Assembly (NCBI GenBank): GCA_964252035.1
Contig: OZ176201.1
Strand: one strand, 5' to 3'
Origin: Podarcis erhardii
Taxonomy: Eukaryota
Length of the DNA: 64,000 nucleotides
Shown: positions 48,301 to 59,300 of the stretch, piece after piece
Layout of the letters: each line of letters starts with the position of its first letter
Position numbering within the stretch: position 1 is the first letter of the stretch
Program-made: the position numbers and the translations under genes
The notes under the pieces: generated by a model
What the model was told of the DNA's origin: nothing
What the model saw: only the letters and a program-made list of their open reading frames with translations
The model's database searches: none

Positions 48301-50141
48301 CCCCTGAGAAAGTGCTTGTGGATGGACTAGGCATCTCGTATGATGTGAAGAGGGGCTTCATCATCCACCGCCCACAACCTTCCCATGCTGGCTCCCTCTT
48401 CTGCATGGCCAATGTGGATGGAGTGAGGCAGATCTCCACAAAATACATGCTGATTTATGTGAACTGTAAGTTGCCTTAACAATTAATCATCTATCTCTCT
48501 ATCTCCCAAGTGTGTGTATGTGTATAAGAGAGAGAGGGAGAAAGAAAAGTCCACCAATCTGCTTGCCTTTTTCATTTTAATGTTTTTTAAAACTCAGCTT
48601 GTCAAATTCAGATTAATTCAGCCCAAACTGTCCCAAAAGGGTATGTGGCTGCTTTAGAGATAAAAGAAGTTCATCTCATCATCAAACAGTTCCATTCTTT
48701 TGCAAAAGGGAATGTGACTATGAGAATGCAGGTGTGTTCATTCTATCCAAGGGATGTGCTTATGATCAGGGAGATTCAGTCATGCCGATCAAGGAAAAGG
48801 AGTCTTGGTTTGCTGACCACAGGTTGCAAAGGAATGCTCAAAACTGTTTCTAACCTAATTTAAAATGATTTATATACAACTCCCAGGCAATCAGGACCCA
48901 GGCAGAATCTGGGAAAGCCTGTGGGAGGTATTGTCACTTTTCATAATGTCCACTGAATGAGGCCTTTTTCTCCAGGCAAGAAGTGATTCTGATTCGGCAG
49001 GGAGTTGGCGGCACCTATCGAAGTTTAGAGTCATTATTCTAGGTGACACCTTGATGCAAATCTTTGCCCATTGCTGGACTTGCACAAAGGCTACCAGTCA
49101 GATTCAGAAGGCTTCACAGGCAAGGCCTTGTCGCAGAGCATCACTAAGGCCAGAGAGAGTGTGGGAGAGGCCTCAGACTCAGGATCCACTGCCCCATTTC
49201 CATTCAGCCTGTGCTCCAAGTGGGAGAACTGTAGAATTTCGCCATGCCATGCCTATCTAACAACTCCACAAGGAGCAATGGGGGAGTGGCAGGAACTGAT
49301 GCCTATATGCTGGTTTCTTTTGGTGTGTGTGTTTTATTTCCAACTCTGCAGATCCTTCTTCAGTTCCCAAGCCAGCTATCAGAGCTTCAGTGGCCTCCTT
49401 CCATGTTGGAGACAATTTCAATGTCACCTGCACTGTCTTTGGGGAACCAGAAATTGCTGTTGATTTCACGTGGGAATATCCAGGACAGCAAGTAGGTAAC
49501 AGGTTGCTGATGGGGTGAGTGGGTGTGGGATAAGAAAAGTGGCTTGTACTGTAACAGTATGGGTCTTTTAAGCCCGTCTCCTTTCCTGCTGATCTGTGGA
49601 ATTTCCCCCTTAGAAAGTGAACAAAGGCTAGCCCAACCCACAAACCTAGCCAATGAGGGTGTACAAAGCCAAGCTGAATAATGATTGGCCTGACCTCCTC
49701 AAATGAGTAGGCCAGAATGAAAACATAAATTGTTCCTCTGCAGATAAACACCAGGCAACCTTGTCATGCGGTTTGCTTGCACCTGAATAATTTCCAAGTT
49801 ACAGGAGTGGGTGCCGCTAGAATTCCACACACTGGGAAAAGCCACTGCTAAACTCTCTTGTGCACTGACTGCCATGTGCTCTGCCATGTTTCTCAAATAA
49901 TGCCCTTCCTCACTTTCAGATTGGCAGACCACCCTATGTTCGCGAACGCACAGATTTGGTGCGGCGTGGTGGGCAGGTGCAGCAGGAATCTGAGAGCATC
50001 CTTTACGTTGATGAAGCACGTGCTGTGGATGATGGTTTGTACACCTGCACTGCTGAAAATCTGCAAGGAGGCACTGCAGTGTCCACCCGCATTCGCTTGG
50101 TTCCAGCCTCACCAGCCCCAAAGAAGGCAAAGTCTGGGTAA
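45321..50141 (+). CDS. PDGF receptor-like (PDGFRL) paralog, secreted Ig-domain protein, 399 aa
   Basis: Exons 45321-45375, 47046-47382, 47526-47677, 48172-48465, 49352-49491, 49920-50141 (1200 nt, phases consistent; intron 3 donor is GC). Signal-peptide-like N-terminus, three Ig-like segments (ADTGEYSC, LPCQVTNP...LFC, NVTC...DDGLYTCTA), no transmembrane or kinase segment. Confidence 0.93.
46630..46867. mobile_element. Tc1/mariner-type MITE, second subfamily, decayed right end
   Basis: TA+CAGTGGTACCTCGG; internal aaccaaggcacggc...ctgattgg...caggaagc shared with 25458. Confidence 0.75.
47046..47382 (+). CDS. PDGFRL-like exon 2 (Lys-rich segment and start of Ig1)
   Basis: 337 nt; GQFQKVSNTLVLRAGEALDLRCKGKTVKWRYP resembles PDGFRL. 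Confidence 0.93.
47526..47677 (+). CDS. PDGFRL-like exon 3 (IKHFERHSQLTVANSTAADTGEYSCW...KTFIFFT)
   Basis: 152 nt; only a GC donor at 47678 gives the required phase 1. Confidence 0.9.
48172..48465 (+). CDS. PDGFRL-like exon 4 (Ig2)
   Basis: 294 nt, GT-AG; ELFVP...LLPCQVTNPAAKVTLHREFP...YDVKRGF. Confidence 0.95.
49352..49491 (+). CDS. PDGFRL-like exon 5 (Ig3, first part)
   Basis: 140 nt, GT-AG; NVTCTVFGEPEIAVDFTWEYPGQ. Confidence 0.95.
49920..50141 (+). CDS. PDGFRL-like last exon (Ig3 end and basic tail)
   Basis: 222 nt, DDGLYTCTAENLQG, TAA at 50139-50141; ATTAAA at 50273-50278. Confidence 0.94.
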   Translation: MGRPPYVRERTDLVRRGGQVQQESESILYVDEARAVDDGLYTCTAENLQGGTAVSTRIRLVPASPAPKKAKSG

Positions 50142-51353
50142 CTGCCTCTGGTCCTGCACTGCTGAAAGTCCAGGTCCTACTGGAAATCCAAAGACTAGAG
50201 GCGGCCATCAAAAACCGAGGGATAAACAGTTGCCTTCTTTTATTTTGTCCTTTACCCTTTCATGTTTGACTCATTAAAGTAGCACAAATCTTTTTGAAGC
50301 AGAGGCAGAGTACCTTTTTGCTCGCAGGGATATTGTGAAAGACAGGAAAACGCTCAAAGATATTCATGACTATTGCCAGAAAAATGTTATCTTGGGAATT
50401 CTGGCTCTGTGTGAACATCTTCATTCACAGGGTCAAACAAGATTATTGAGATCTATGATCAGATCTCACCTCTCTTTAAATGTTATATATATCAGCCTGG
50501 AGAGACTCCAGACGGGATTGGGACCATTTGTCTGGTTACGGACGGTTAACCCTGCAATTTTCCCAATTTTCCCTGCCAGCAGCTGTATGCCCTATTACAG
50601 CATATATGCGTGTACATGCAACAGTAGTTTCGAAGGCAGATACGCATGAGCAGAATTTCAGTAAGTAGGCGATTTATTTTTTAAAATTCCCCAGCACTAC
50701 AGTCCAAATCTGTATTACCCACATCCATATCTACCCCGTAGGTCCTATTGGACAAAATGTAGAGCTGGGAGTTCTTGCCGTCTCATCTGCTCTGGCCCTT
50801 GTGGAGATGGTAAAACCTTTATCAGGTAGCAATATGCATCACTGAATGCTTCTTAAAAAAAAAAAAAAGGAAAGGAAAAAAGGCCTTCACAAAGAAAACT
50901 TAAGAGAGAAAATTAGAGGTAGAACAACCAGAGATTTTCCGGAAGGCACTGAAGGCATTTTGGCAACATCAGTTTATTTTATTTTATTTTTGTGACTTTA
51001 CCCAGTTATTTATGATGTCCATTTTCATCTGTACTTCTTAACTGGTTCTAAGTAACAAGTTCCAGGGTGCCTGATTTTCCTCTCTAGGTCTAAGTAGCCA
51101 ATTTTAGGTGCAGGCCCAGTGATTTTCCACTGAACTGAAATGCTCTTCACTATAAAGTTTTTTACTAGAGGCTGCAGAGTCTTCAGAAGCATCACCCATC
51201 AGGGAAGGGTGTTTAAATTCTTTGGCTTGGATCCAAGTGTTCCATGTGTGTAGCAGTGGGCTCCTATAAACCATCTCCCCAGACTAAATAGCCAGATGGA
51301 GAAGTCAGGGCTGTGTGTACACAGTTGTGCAGGTCCCAAGCATGTACTCAGAT

Positions 51354-51506
51354 CAGTGGCGTAGCGTGGGTTGTCAGCACCCGGGGCAAGGCAAGTAATT
51401 TGCACCCCCTAACCCGTGGATTTTAGCACTCGAGTGCGAGTGCGCCCCCCCAGATGTTGCACCCGGTGCGGCTGGCCCCCCCTGCACCCCCCACGCTACG
51501 CCACTG
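51354..51506. mobile_element. Young hAT-type MITE
   Basis: Perfect TIR CAGTGGCGTAGCGTGGG/CCCACGCTACGCCACTG; perfect 8-bp TSD ACTCAGAT. A related fragment starts at ~61978. Confidence 0.9.
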
Positions 51507-51672
51507 ACTCAGATGTCCTGCTTAATTCAGAAGGCCCCACCTTCTATTGCATATGTGCAGGACCATAGCCATAGGAAGCTTGCAGTTACATGTTGGGAGG
51601 CGACTGAGAGAACAGCTTTCAGTCTCCCCCTCCCAATTCTCATGACCTCCCCACCCCACTTTCTGCAAGAGC

Positions 51673-51698
51673 ACACACACACACACACACACACACAC
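51673..51698. repeat. (CA)n microsatellite
   Basis: Seen directly. Confidence 0.95.
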
Positions 51699-53015
51699 AA
51701 CATTGTTGCCAATGTCAGCATCACCCTACAGTCCCATAATCAGGAAAGAAGGATATGTACCAGGGGACCAAGAAATAAATCAAGAGGTTATGAGGATGGC
51801 AGTGAAGGAGGCCAAGCATTCCCCCCCCCCTCATAAAGAACAAGTATACTTCAGAAATGGGAGGGAAAGTACATTTCATTCATTTGTACGCTGCAAGAAA
51901 TTACATTCATTTTGCAACACTGGAAAATTTCCACCAGCCGCCATTTTACAACTTTCTCATGCTATTGCAGCAGGCTGAATAATATAATAATAAAACCTGT
52001 TATCATTAAGTGAACAAAAACACAAAACACCCTTCCCTGTTTGCTAACATAGAAATGAGAGCGCCAACGCCTGGATCAGATCCCCAAACTCTCATCAAAA
52101 TAAGCACCCTCCTTTCTTAATAACTGTAAACAGAGCTCCTGCCCTTTGTCTCCTTCGCTAAGGCGTACTTCACGTATTTCATTAGCCAGTGATTTCAAGG
52201 TGCACTTCTATGACGGAGGCCGCAATCCTCTACACACTTACCTGGGTGTAAGAATCAGTGAACTCAAGGGGGCTTACTTCTGAGTATACACTTTTAGGCT
52301 TACCCACTGGCTGCCTTGCAAAGTATTGAAAGCTGACATAAGTAATGGAGTGGGCCCTGTATTCTTCTGAAAAATAAGTGAGAGGTTTTATTCCTTTCAT
52401 CCTTTATTGGCCTGCTTCCAGCTCTGATTCTGGACTGGGCGGTTGAAGGCTTACGGTAAGAAACACCTTGCCTGATGGTGGCCACTACAACGGGTGAGTC
52501 AAGAAAACCAGCTCAATAGATTGAAAGAGCCACCTGGTTAATGCTACTCTATGCTATTTGTATCACCTCCTAAAGGTGCCTGGCAGGGTTTGGATCTGGT
52601 GTCAACTTTGGCTCCCTTCACTGGGACTGCAGAGCCATTGGGGAGTTTCTCTCCTGAGAACTGTTGGCTCAGAAGCCTTCCTCTTCTGTGCTATGTGCTG
52701 CTTCACTTCCAGGAAGAGTTGGCAGAGGTGCCTCTGCAGGCTGTCTCAGGCCTTCGAGTGCTCTGGGCATTATGCCTCTGAATACCAGTTGTTGGAAATC
52801 ACAGGTGGGCAGAGTGGGGTTGTGTTCATGTCCAGCTTGAGACTTCTCACAGGCATCTGGCTGACCACATGAGGACAGGATGGAGGACTAGATGGGCCAT
52901 TGGCTCTACATTCTTTCAGCTGGCTAGAGGCAACCCTCCAAAAAGTGTTGTTATTGCCCTTTTCCCCCTCACAAGTCCTCTGAGACATACAGTACAGACC
53001 CAGCACTATGGTCAC

Positions 53016-53360
53016 CAGGGCCGTCTTTAGCAGATGTGGCGCTGGGGTGCAAATATCCGCCCAGTGCTCCCAAATTACCACGGATGGTGTTGGGGTGGCC
53101 ACCGTAGCTGCACACTGCCAGCCATGGGAGGCCGGAGCAACTCTCCCCCATGCCGCTGTGGGAGAGCGATCCCCGCAGAGGCTTGGGAGGGAAGCTGCGC
53201 GCCTGCTAGCCTTATGGTTGGCGGGGCGCAGCTGGCGGGTGTGCAGGGAAAGGGAAGGCTGCCGGCAAAGCTGCACAGCTCCCCCACTTGCTAGGGTGCC
53301 CTAGAGAGGCTGGCGCCCTGGCGTGACACACCACTAAGCTCTATGGGAAAGGCGGCTCTG
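53016..53360. mobile_element. hAT-type MITE, GC-rich
   Basis: TIR CAGGGCCGTCTTT/AAAGGCGGCTCTG; TSD ATGGTCAC/ATAGTCAC. Confidence 0.8.
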
Positions 53361-53783
53361 ATAGTCACATCTACATCCTATGTTCAACCCATTCTTACAC
53401 AAGTTTTTGTGAAGAATCCTGGGAACTGTAGTTTGTTAAGGGTGCTGCTGGTTACCATAGGTCTGTGTGGCCAGCACCTTTAACAAACTACAGTTCCCAG
53501 GATCCTTTGGCGAAAACCATGGCTGTCGTCCAAGAGTGCTTTAAATGTATGGTGTGGATAGATCTCAACTTTTGGACATCTTTGGGAAAGGGTACATTGG
53601 TGAGGCTCCGTGGTCCCAATAGCGTACAACAGCAAAACAAGAAGAATATTTACCTTTTCCCAACCCCTGCTGCCACTACAAGCGACACATAACATGCTCA
53701 GCAGTGCTTACTCTCTGAAGAAGTGAGTTGTTCAGGGAGAGGGTGAGCAACCTCCTTGTATTCGCAGGGCTATATGAAGTTTC

Positions 53784-53980
53784 GTCTGAGGAAGAGCATA
53801 GCTCAGTGGTTGAAAACATCTACTTTACATGCAGTAGATCCCAGGTTCAATCCTTAACATCTCCAGGTAGGTCTGGGAATGGTTCTACTTCGAGGGCTGC
53901 TGCCGGTCAGTGTAGACAATATTGAGCTAGATGGACCAATGGTCAGACTTATTATAACACAGCTTCCCAAATTCTTTATG
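53784..53980 (+). mobile_element. tRNA-headed SINE with LINE-like 3' part
   Basis: agcatagctcagtggtt...ccaggttcaatcc followed by gctgctgccggtcagtgtagacaatattgagctagatggacc. Confidence 0.7.
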
Positions 53981-56380
53981 CCAAGTCGGATTACTGGTCC
54001 ATCTAGTACATATTGCCTATTCTGACTGGCAGCAGCTCTCAGGTAAGGATCTTTTCCATTCTGACTACCTTTACCTGGAAACTGGGATTGAATCTGGGAC
54101 CTTCTGCATGCTTGTGCTTTTCGACTGACACAATAGCCCTACCCCCATGTCTTAGAATCCCTTTAGCAGCACTAAGGCCAGATCAGAAAAGTGCTGGCTT
54201 AACTACAGTACCAGAAACTCGGTCACTTCGATTATTTCCACCCCCTCTGCCAATTCCCTAAAATCCACACAGAATTTGCTTCATAACTTACATAATAAAT
54301 GCAAAAGAGAGAGAAAATCACTTTAAAAAAATAATAAAGCGGGTGAGAGGTTTTCACCAGCACACACATATGAGATATTTACTGTGATCACTAGTTAACA
54401 GTTTCTCACTCCCACTTATCATCACTCTGTCTTACACTAGTGACAGATTTTCCAACTGATACCATACCGAAATTTTGTGGAAAGCCTCAATTAGATACAG
54501 CGTTATTACAAGCTTGTTGTGTTTCTCCAAGATAAAACCATTTCACCGCTGCAGACAGAGCTGCATTATATGTGAGGAACAACAAATAAAGGTTTGCCAA
54601 GACTGAGGGTTGGGTGGGATCCACTTGTTGGTTGCCTGAATGATGATTTCAGGAACTGAACACGTTAGCAAACAAACGTCACTGTCGCCAAGCCATGCTG
54701 CAGAAGCAGAACCCACGCCTTTGAGTTAGGCCTCCACAGCTTGCAACCCACTGGCTGTGACGCAGCCCACCGGATGTGAACAGTCTCCTAGTTTTGTCAT
54801 CTATCGGGTACTTCAAAAATGGGTGTGCGCATGTGTCTGTGGGAAACACCTGGCTGACCACCAGACACAGCCGGTGGGGCTGCGTTCGGCTGGGTGGCCC
54901 ACACGTTGCGGAGATCTGTGTGATGTTCTCTCAAGGCACCGGTTTTTCCTGAGCATCACTACTGCGATGAGCCACTGTTTTTGCACTACATGCTACATTT
55001 ACATACACAGTACAAACCACCGTTTCCACGCAGGGAAGTATAAAATGCTTCTTGATTAGAATCAAGACATTTTACATGCCCTTTGTCTCAATTCAAATCA
55101 TCTTTTCTTTTTTAAAAAACAAAAACCCATAAAACAACCATTACGTGCACCTGCTATCTATTTAGCCTCTAGTTTCTCCAGCCTCGAGCAACTTCCGTTT
55201 CTCTGCAACTACTAGCACTGCTTCATCACAACCAGTGGAGGGCACCATCTTCCTTTTCAGCTTCTCAAGAAGCTATATTGCTTTTTTAAAAAAGAAAAAA
55301 AGAATCCCTTGGTTTCCAAAGGCTTGCAATTTTAAGGCCGTTTCCAATCTGTTGCTTTCTAAACTGACAACTCATAAAAGCAGGCAAAAATACCTTCTAT
55401 TGAAAAAATATTTTTTTTGAAAGGAACCGAGCCCAAGGAGGTGCCTGTTCAGTTCTCTCCCAAGCCGTGTCAGCAGCTGCTTATCTGATGCAGCAGTTTC
55501 AACACGGAAATGATGGCAGCCATGTGGGCAGGGATTGAACACATCATGGAGGAGGGTATGTAGAAAAGATTATGGTCATTGAGCAGAGAAAATGACACAG
55601 CAGAGTCATTTTCTGGAGAGAGAGAAAGTTCTCCCAGCAACGCAGGAGCTGATAAGTAGTTCCTCTGTGACTGGGTGAACATCTAGAATGCACCTCAACC
55701 ACAGAAGTTTGTATCCATATTGTTGCCCGAGTTCTCCAAAGTTTTGCATTTAGGAATCAAAATGCATGCTTGTGGTCCGATCTGCCTCTTCCAGCTCAGA
55801 CCAAAACAGTTGTGGGCATGCAAACTCTGGTTCCTCCAAAACCTGGCAGATGAAAGGACATTCAGATCTGGGCCTGTGCCTTCAAACTTTCATTGCCTCT
55901 CTTCTATCCTATGGCTTCTTCTCAGCTACAGCTTTTTCTACTGAAATCTTAAATTATGGGTCACTCGGATTCCCACCGTATCTCTGCCATTTCCTTCATG
56001 GCCGAATATATATGAGGTAGCAAGTCTTGCTACCTCCCTGAGGGAGCGGGGTGGGGCAAGACCCATAGTAAGTGCTTAGTGGCATACACAGAAACGTCTT
56101 GGCTAGCATTAAAGCTGACCTCTTTTGTGTGTGGGGGGGTGAGGAGTACCCCCCTTATTCCTAAGGCAGGCCAGTTCAATCTCTTCAAGTGTCACAAAAC
56201 AATGAGGCCACCTATGGGAGAAAATCAAAGCACACAGAACCTCCGGAACCTTCCTTGCACCCGAGTGCCACTCAGCATGAGAGTTCTAGGTCTAGTCAAC
56301 AATGGAGAGGCCTAGAAGAAAAGGAAGGAGCCACCTCGCCCCTCCCTGCCCCACCCCAGTCTTTCTGGCCTATCCGAATG

Positions 56381-59300
56381 CTACGTAGCGATGAGTGTTG
56401 CCTCCGTGGAGATAGGGAACGGGTGGGGAGAGTCGCCATTCAGCACTCGGTACAGCAGCTCTTCCTTCTCCCGGTGAGCTTGCGCTCGCAGCTGCGACTC
56501 CTTCTCCAGGGACTCGCGGAGAGTGAGGAGCTCGTCGGACAGTTGCCTGCAGGGCAGAAGCACAGAGTCAAATGACTTTGGAGTCCTAAAACTGGTGGAG
56601 AGGCTGGTGGGGCCAACTTGGACTTGTAGCAGGCAACTGCGTTTGCCCTAGTCTTCATCCCCAACTGTTTGCTGCTATGAAGACAGGAGGGAAGACTCCC
56701 TCTACTGAGATCAAAATGACAATCACAACACCACCAAGTGGGGCCTATGGGGAGGGAAAAGTCCATATTGGTGCCAAGCTTTGTGGAGGGACCAAGCTCC
56801 ATTCAGGCCCCGGGGGGAGGTGAAGAGATATGCCTCCCCTTCCATAGAGCCCCTGCTTCCCATAGGCTGTCTTCACAATGGGAATCAGGCTCCCTTGCCC
56901 CTGTAAGTCAAAATGAACACATAGCAGGCAGCTACGCATCTTAAGAGAGTGGCCCTCAGTTTTCATCATGAGCACTTTCTCACCTCTGTCAAACGAAGTG
57001 GGAAGATGTAATACTGTGGGGAAATGTAATGGTATTGAAATTGGGTATGGGGAACATGAAATGCACACACTACAAATGTTCAGAAAAATGCTTTTATAAA
57101 CCACCAAAGACTNNNNNNNNNNNNNNNNNNNNNNNNNNNNNNNNNNNNNNNNNNNNNNNNNNNNNNNNNNNNNNNNNNNNNNNNNNNNNNNNNNNNNNNN
57201 NNNNNNNNNNNNNNNNNNNNNNNNNNNNNNNNNNNNNNNNNNTCACAATAGCACACTGACACAGGAAGTTGAGCAGGAAGCACATCAGAGAAGAGGTCTT
57301 CTCTAGCACACAGATTTGCTACTATGGTAGCTGGTTTGGCACTGCCACAACTATGCTGTCTGTGCTGATCCTATCATCATTGTTGTAATTATTATTTTGA
57401 TTTATAGGGTTTCTTACCCACCCTTCTCTAGAAGGCCCAATGGTGGGTTACAACAATATAAAAACACAATTATTAGCGTCACTTAGAACAATGTACAGTC
57501 TCTGGTTGGCTGCATCTGATTATGCAGGACAAGCACACTGAATCTAGGTCCTGACCCATAGGCTTTCACTGGGCCCTCTTTAGGTGCACCGTCCCAAGGG
57601 CCCTTCACCAAGGTGAAGTGGGAAATAGATGCTTACTGCAGCTGAAGGTCTCACCTTGTCACTGCCATGTGGTTCTGCATCCGAACTTGGAGATCTTCAT
57701 TCTCCTGTTGAAGGGTTTTAACTTTCTCCTCGAGCAACAAATTTCTCTCCATCTGTAAGCAGGCCAAGGGTGTGATCAAACACCAAATGCAATTGCAACA
57801 CAGTTCACCCCAGCTGCAGGTATTCCACGCATACAATAACATCAAGAAATCTCCCAATTAGGTATTTTAAAACTTTGTAGGAATATGTCCGCATGGAACC
57901 CCCTTCTTATTAAATAAGTTGGAGGTTATGTCACTCTGGAAAGTCTGCAAGAGGCACCAAACGTGGTGTCTGCCCTGTCTCTGATTGCTATGGCAATGTA
58001 GGCTTGTATGTAGTCTGCCAATTCAGGTTCATGTATCTCTTTTAGTTCAGAGCTATCTACCCATATGATCCATCTACCAAGAAGAACTTCAGTAGTATAG
58101 CAGAACCCTGGTTTGTTTTTCAAGAGAGTTGTAGTTGCCCAGCTCACTTCACAAGCAACTGAGCTGCAGTGGTGGCCATTTTGGGCCAGTAAGCATTTTC
58201 TGAACATGGAATTGCTTCCGTCAAACACAGCCATGCTCCATTCACCTAGATGTTTCTTCCCACAGACCTTAAAGGATTAATACACCTATAATCAAGCTTT
58301 GTCTTTAGAATACTCTTTGGTCCACTCCAGACATCCTTAATCCATGATGATTTGTGCTCATGATACTACCAGGAGAGTTTAATCCTTTCCTTTCTGCTGT
58401 GGTCCCAACAAAAATTCCCCACCTGAAGTAGCTAGTTGCACTGGAAGGGGTGTTTCCACACTGGTGTTGATGGGAGTTTCCCTCCCAGGATAATAGCTTC
58501 CAAGAAAGTGGCCAATATTGTTGAGATAGTAACAGAATGGGGAAGCATATGAAATGAACCCCAAGTCTTCTCATGCATTATGCTCCTAATCCCAATTAAA
58601 AGAACATTCCCCACAGCTGCTATCCACATTTGATCTCACAATCGTGAATTTCAATCAAGACACTTAGCACTGTGTGTAATTTGGCCCTGGTCTTGGATGT
58701 TGGTCTTGCTGGGGGGTGGGGGGGCGGCGGTGCAGTTTAAAGGCCAGGATGCAGGACTTGGAATGTGTTGTCTTCTGCAGGAAGCCACAGAAGTCTGGCG
58801 ATCAAGGTTCTGAAGAGCTTTTGGCCCTTCAGATGTTATTGGGACTCCAACTCCCATCAGCCCCAGCTGGCATAGCTAATGGTCAGGGATGATGAGAGAT
58901 GTCATACCCAAACAACTGGAGGGTCACAGGTTCTCCATCCCTGCTCAAGAGAAAGTGTTTGTGGTACTCAGAAATTAGCTAGTTTTGAATGGCAGACCAC
59001 AAGGTCCTCTGTGCAAGACCCCCACCAAGTCTTAGGAATAGCTATGAAAATGAGTACATTGAACCCACCACTGTTTCCAGGTTGAGCAGCTTTTTGTCCA
59101 AGTTGTGAATGCGTTCATTCTTCATCTCAATGACAAAATGTAGACTCTCTAGTTCCTGTTCCCAGAACTGGCTGGGACTCCCATAATCCTAGAAAACAAC
59201 AGGGGAAATGTCAAAATGCACCCTCAACTAGAAAGCTGGCAAAGCAGAGAACCTCATTAGCAACAACAACAACAAAAACTTATACCCCACCCATCTGGCT

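Noticed and set aside
56014-56036. Perfect palindrome GAGGTAGCAAG-T-CTTGCTACCTC beginning with the let-7 seed TGAGGTAG
   Set aside because: The hairpin is far too short for a pre-miRNA and the sequence diverges from let-7 right after the seed.
57113-57242. Second N gap possibly hiding CCDC69 exons
   Set aside because: The flanking exons (57655-57752 and 56381-56546) join in frame and give contiguous CCDC69 sequence.
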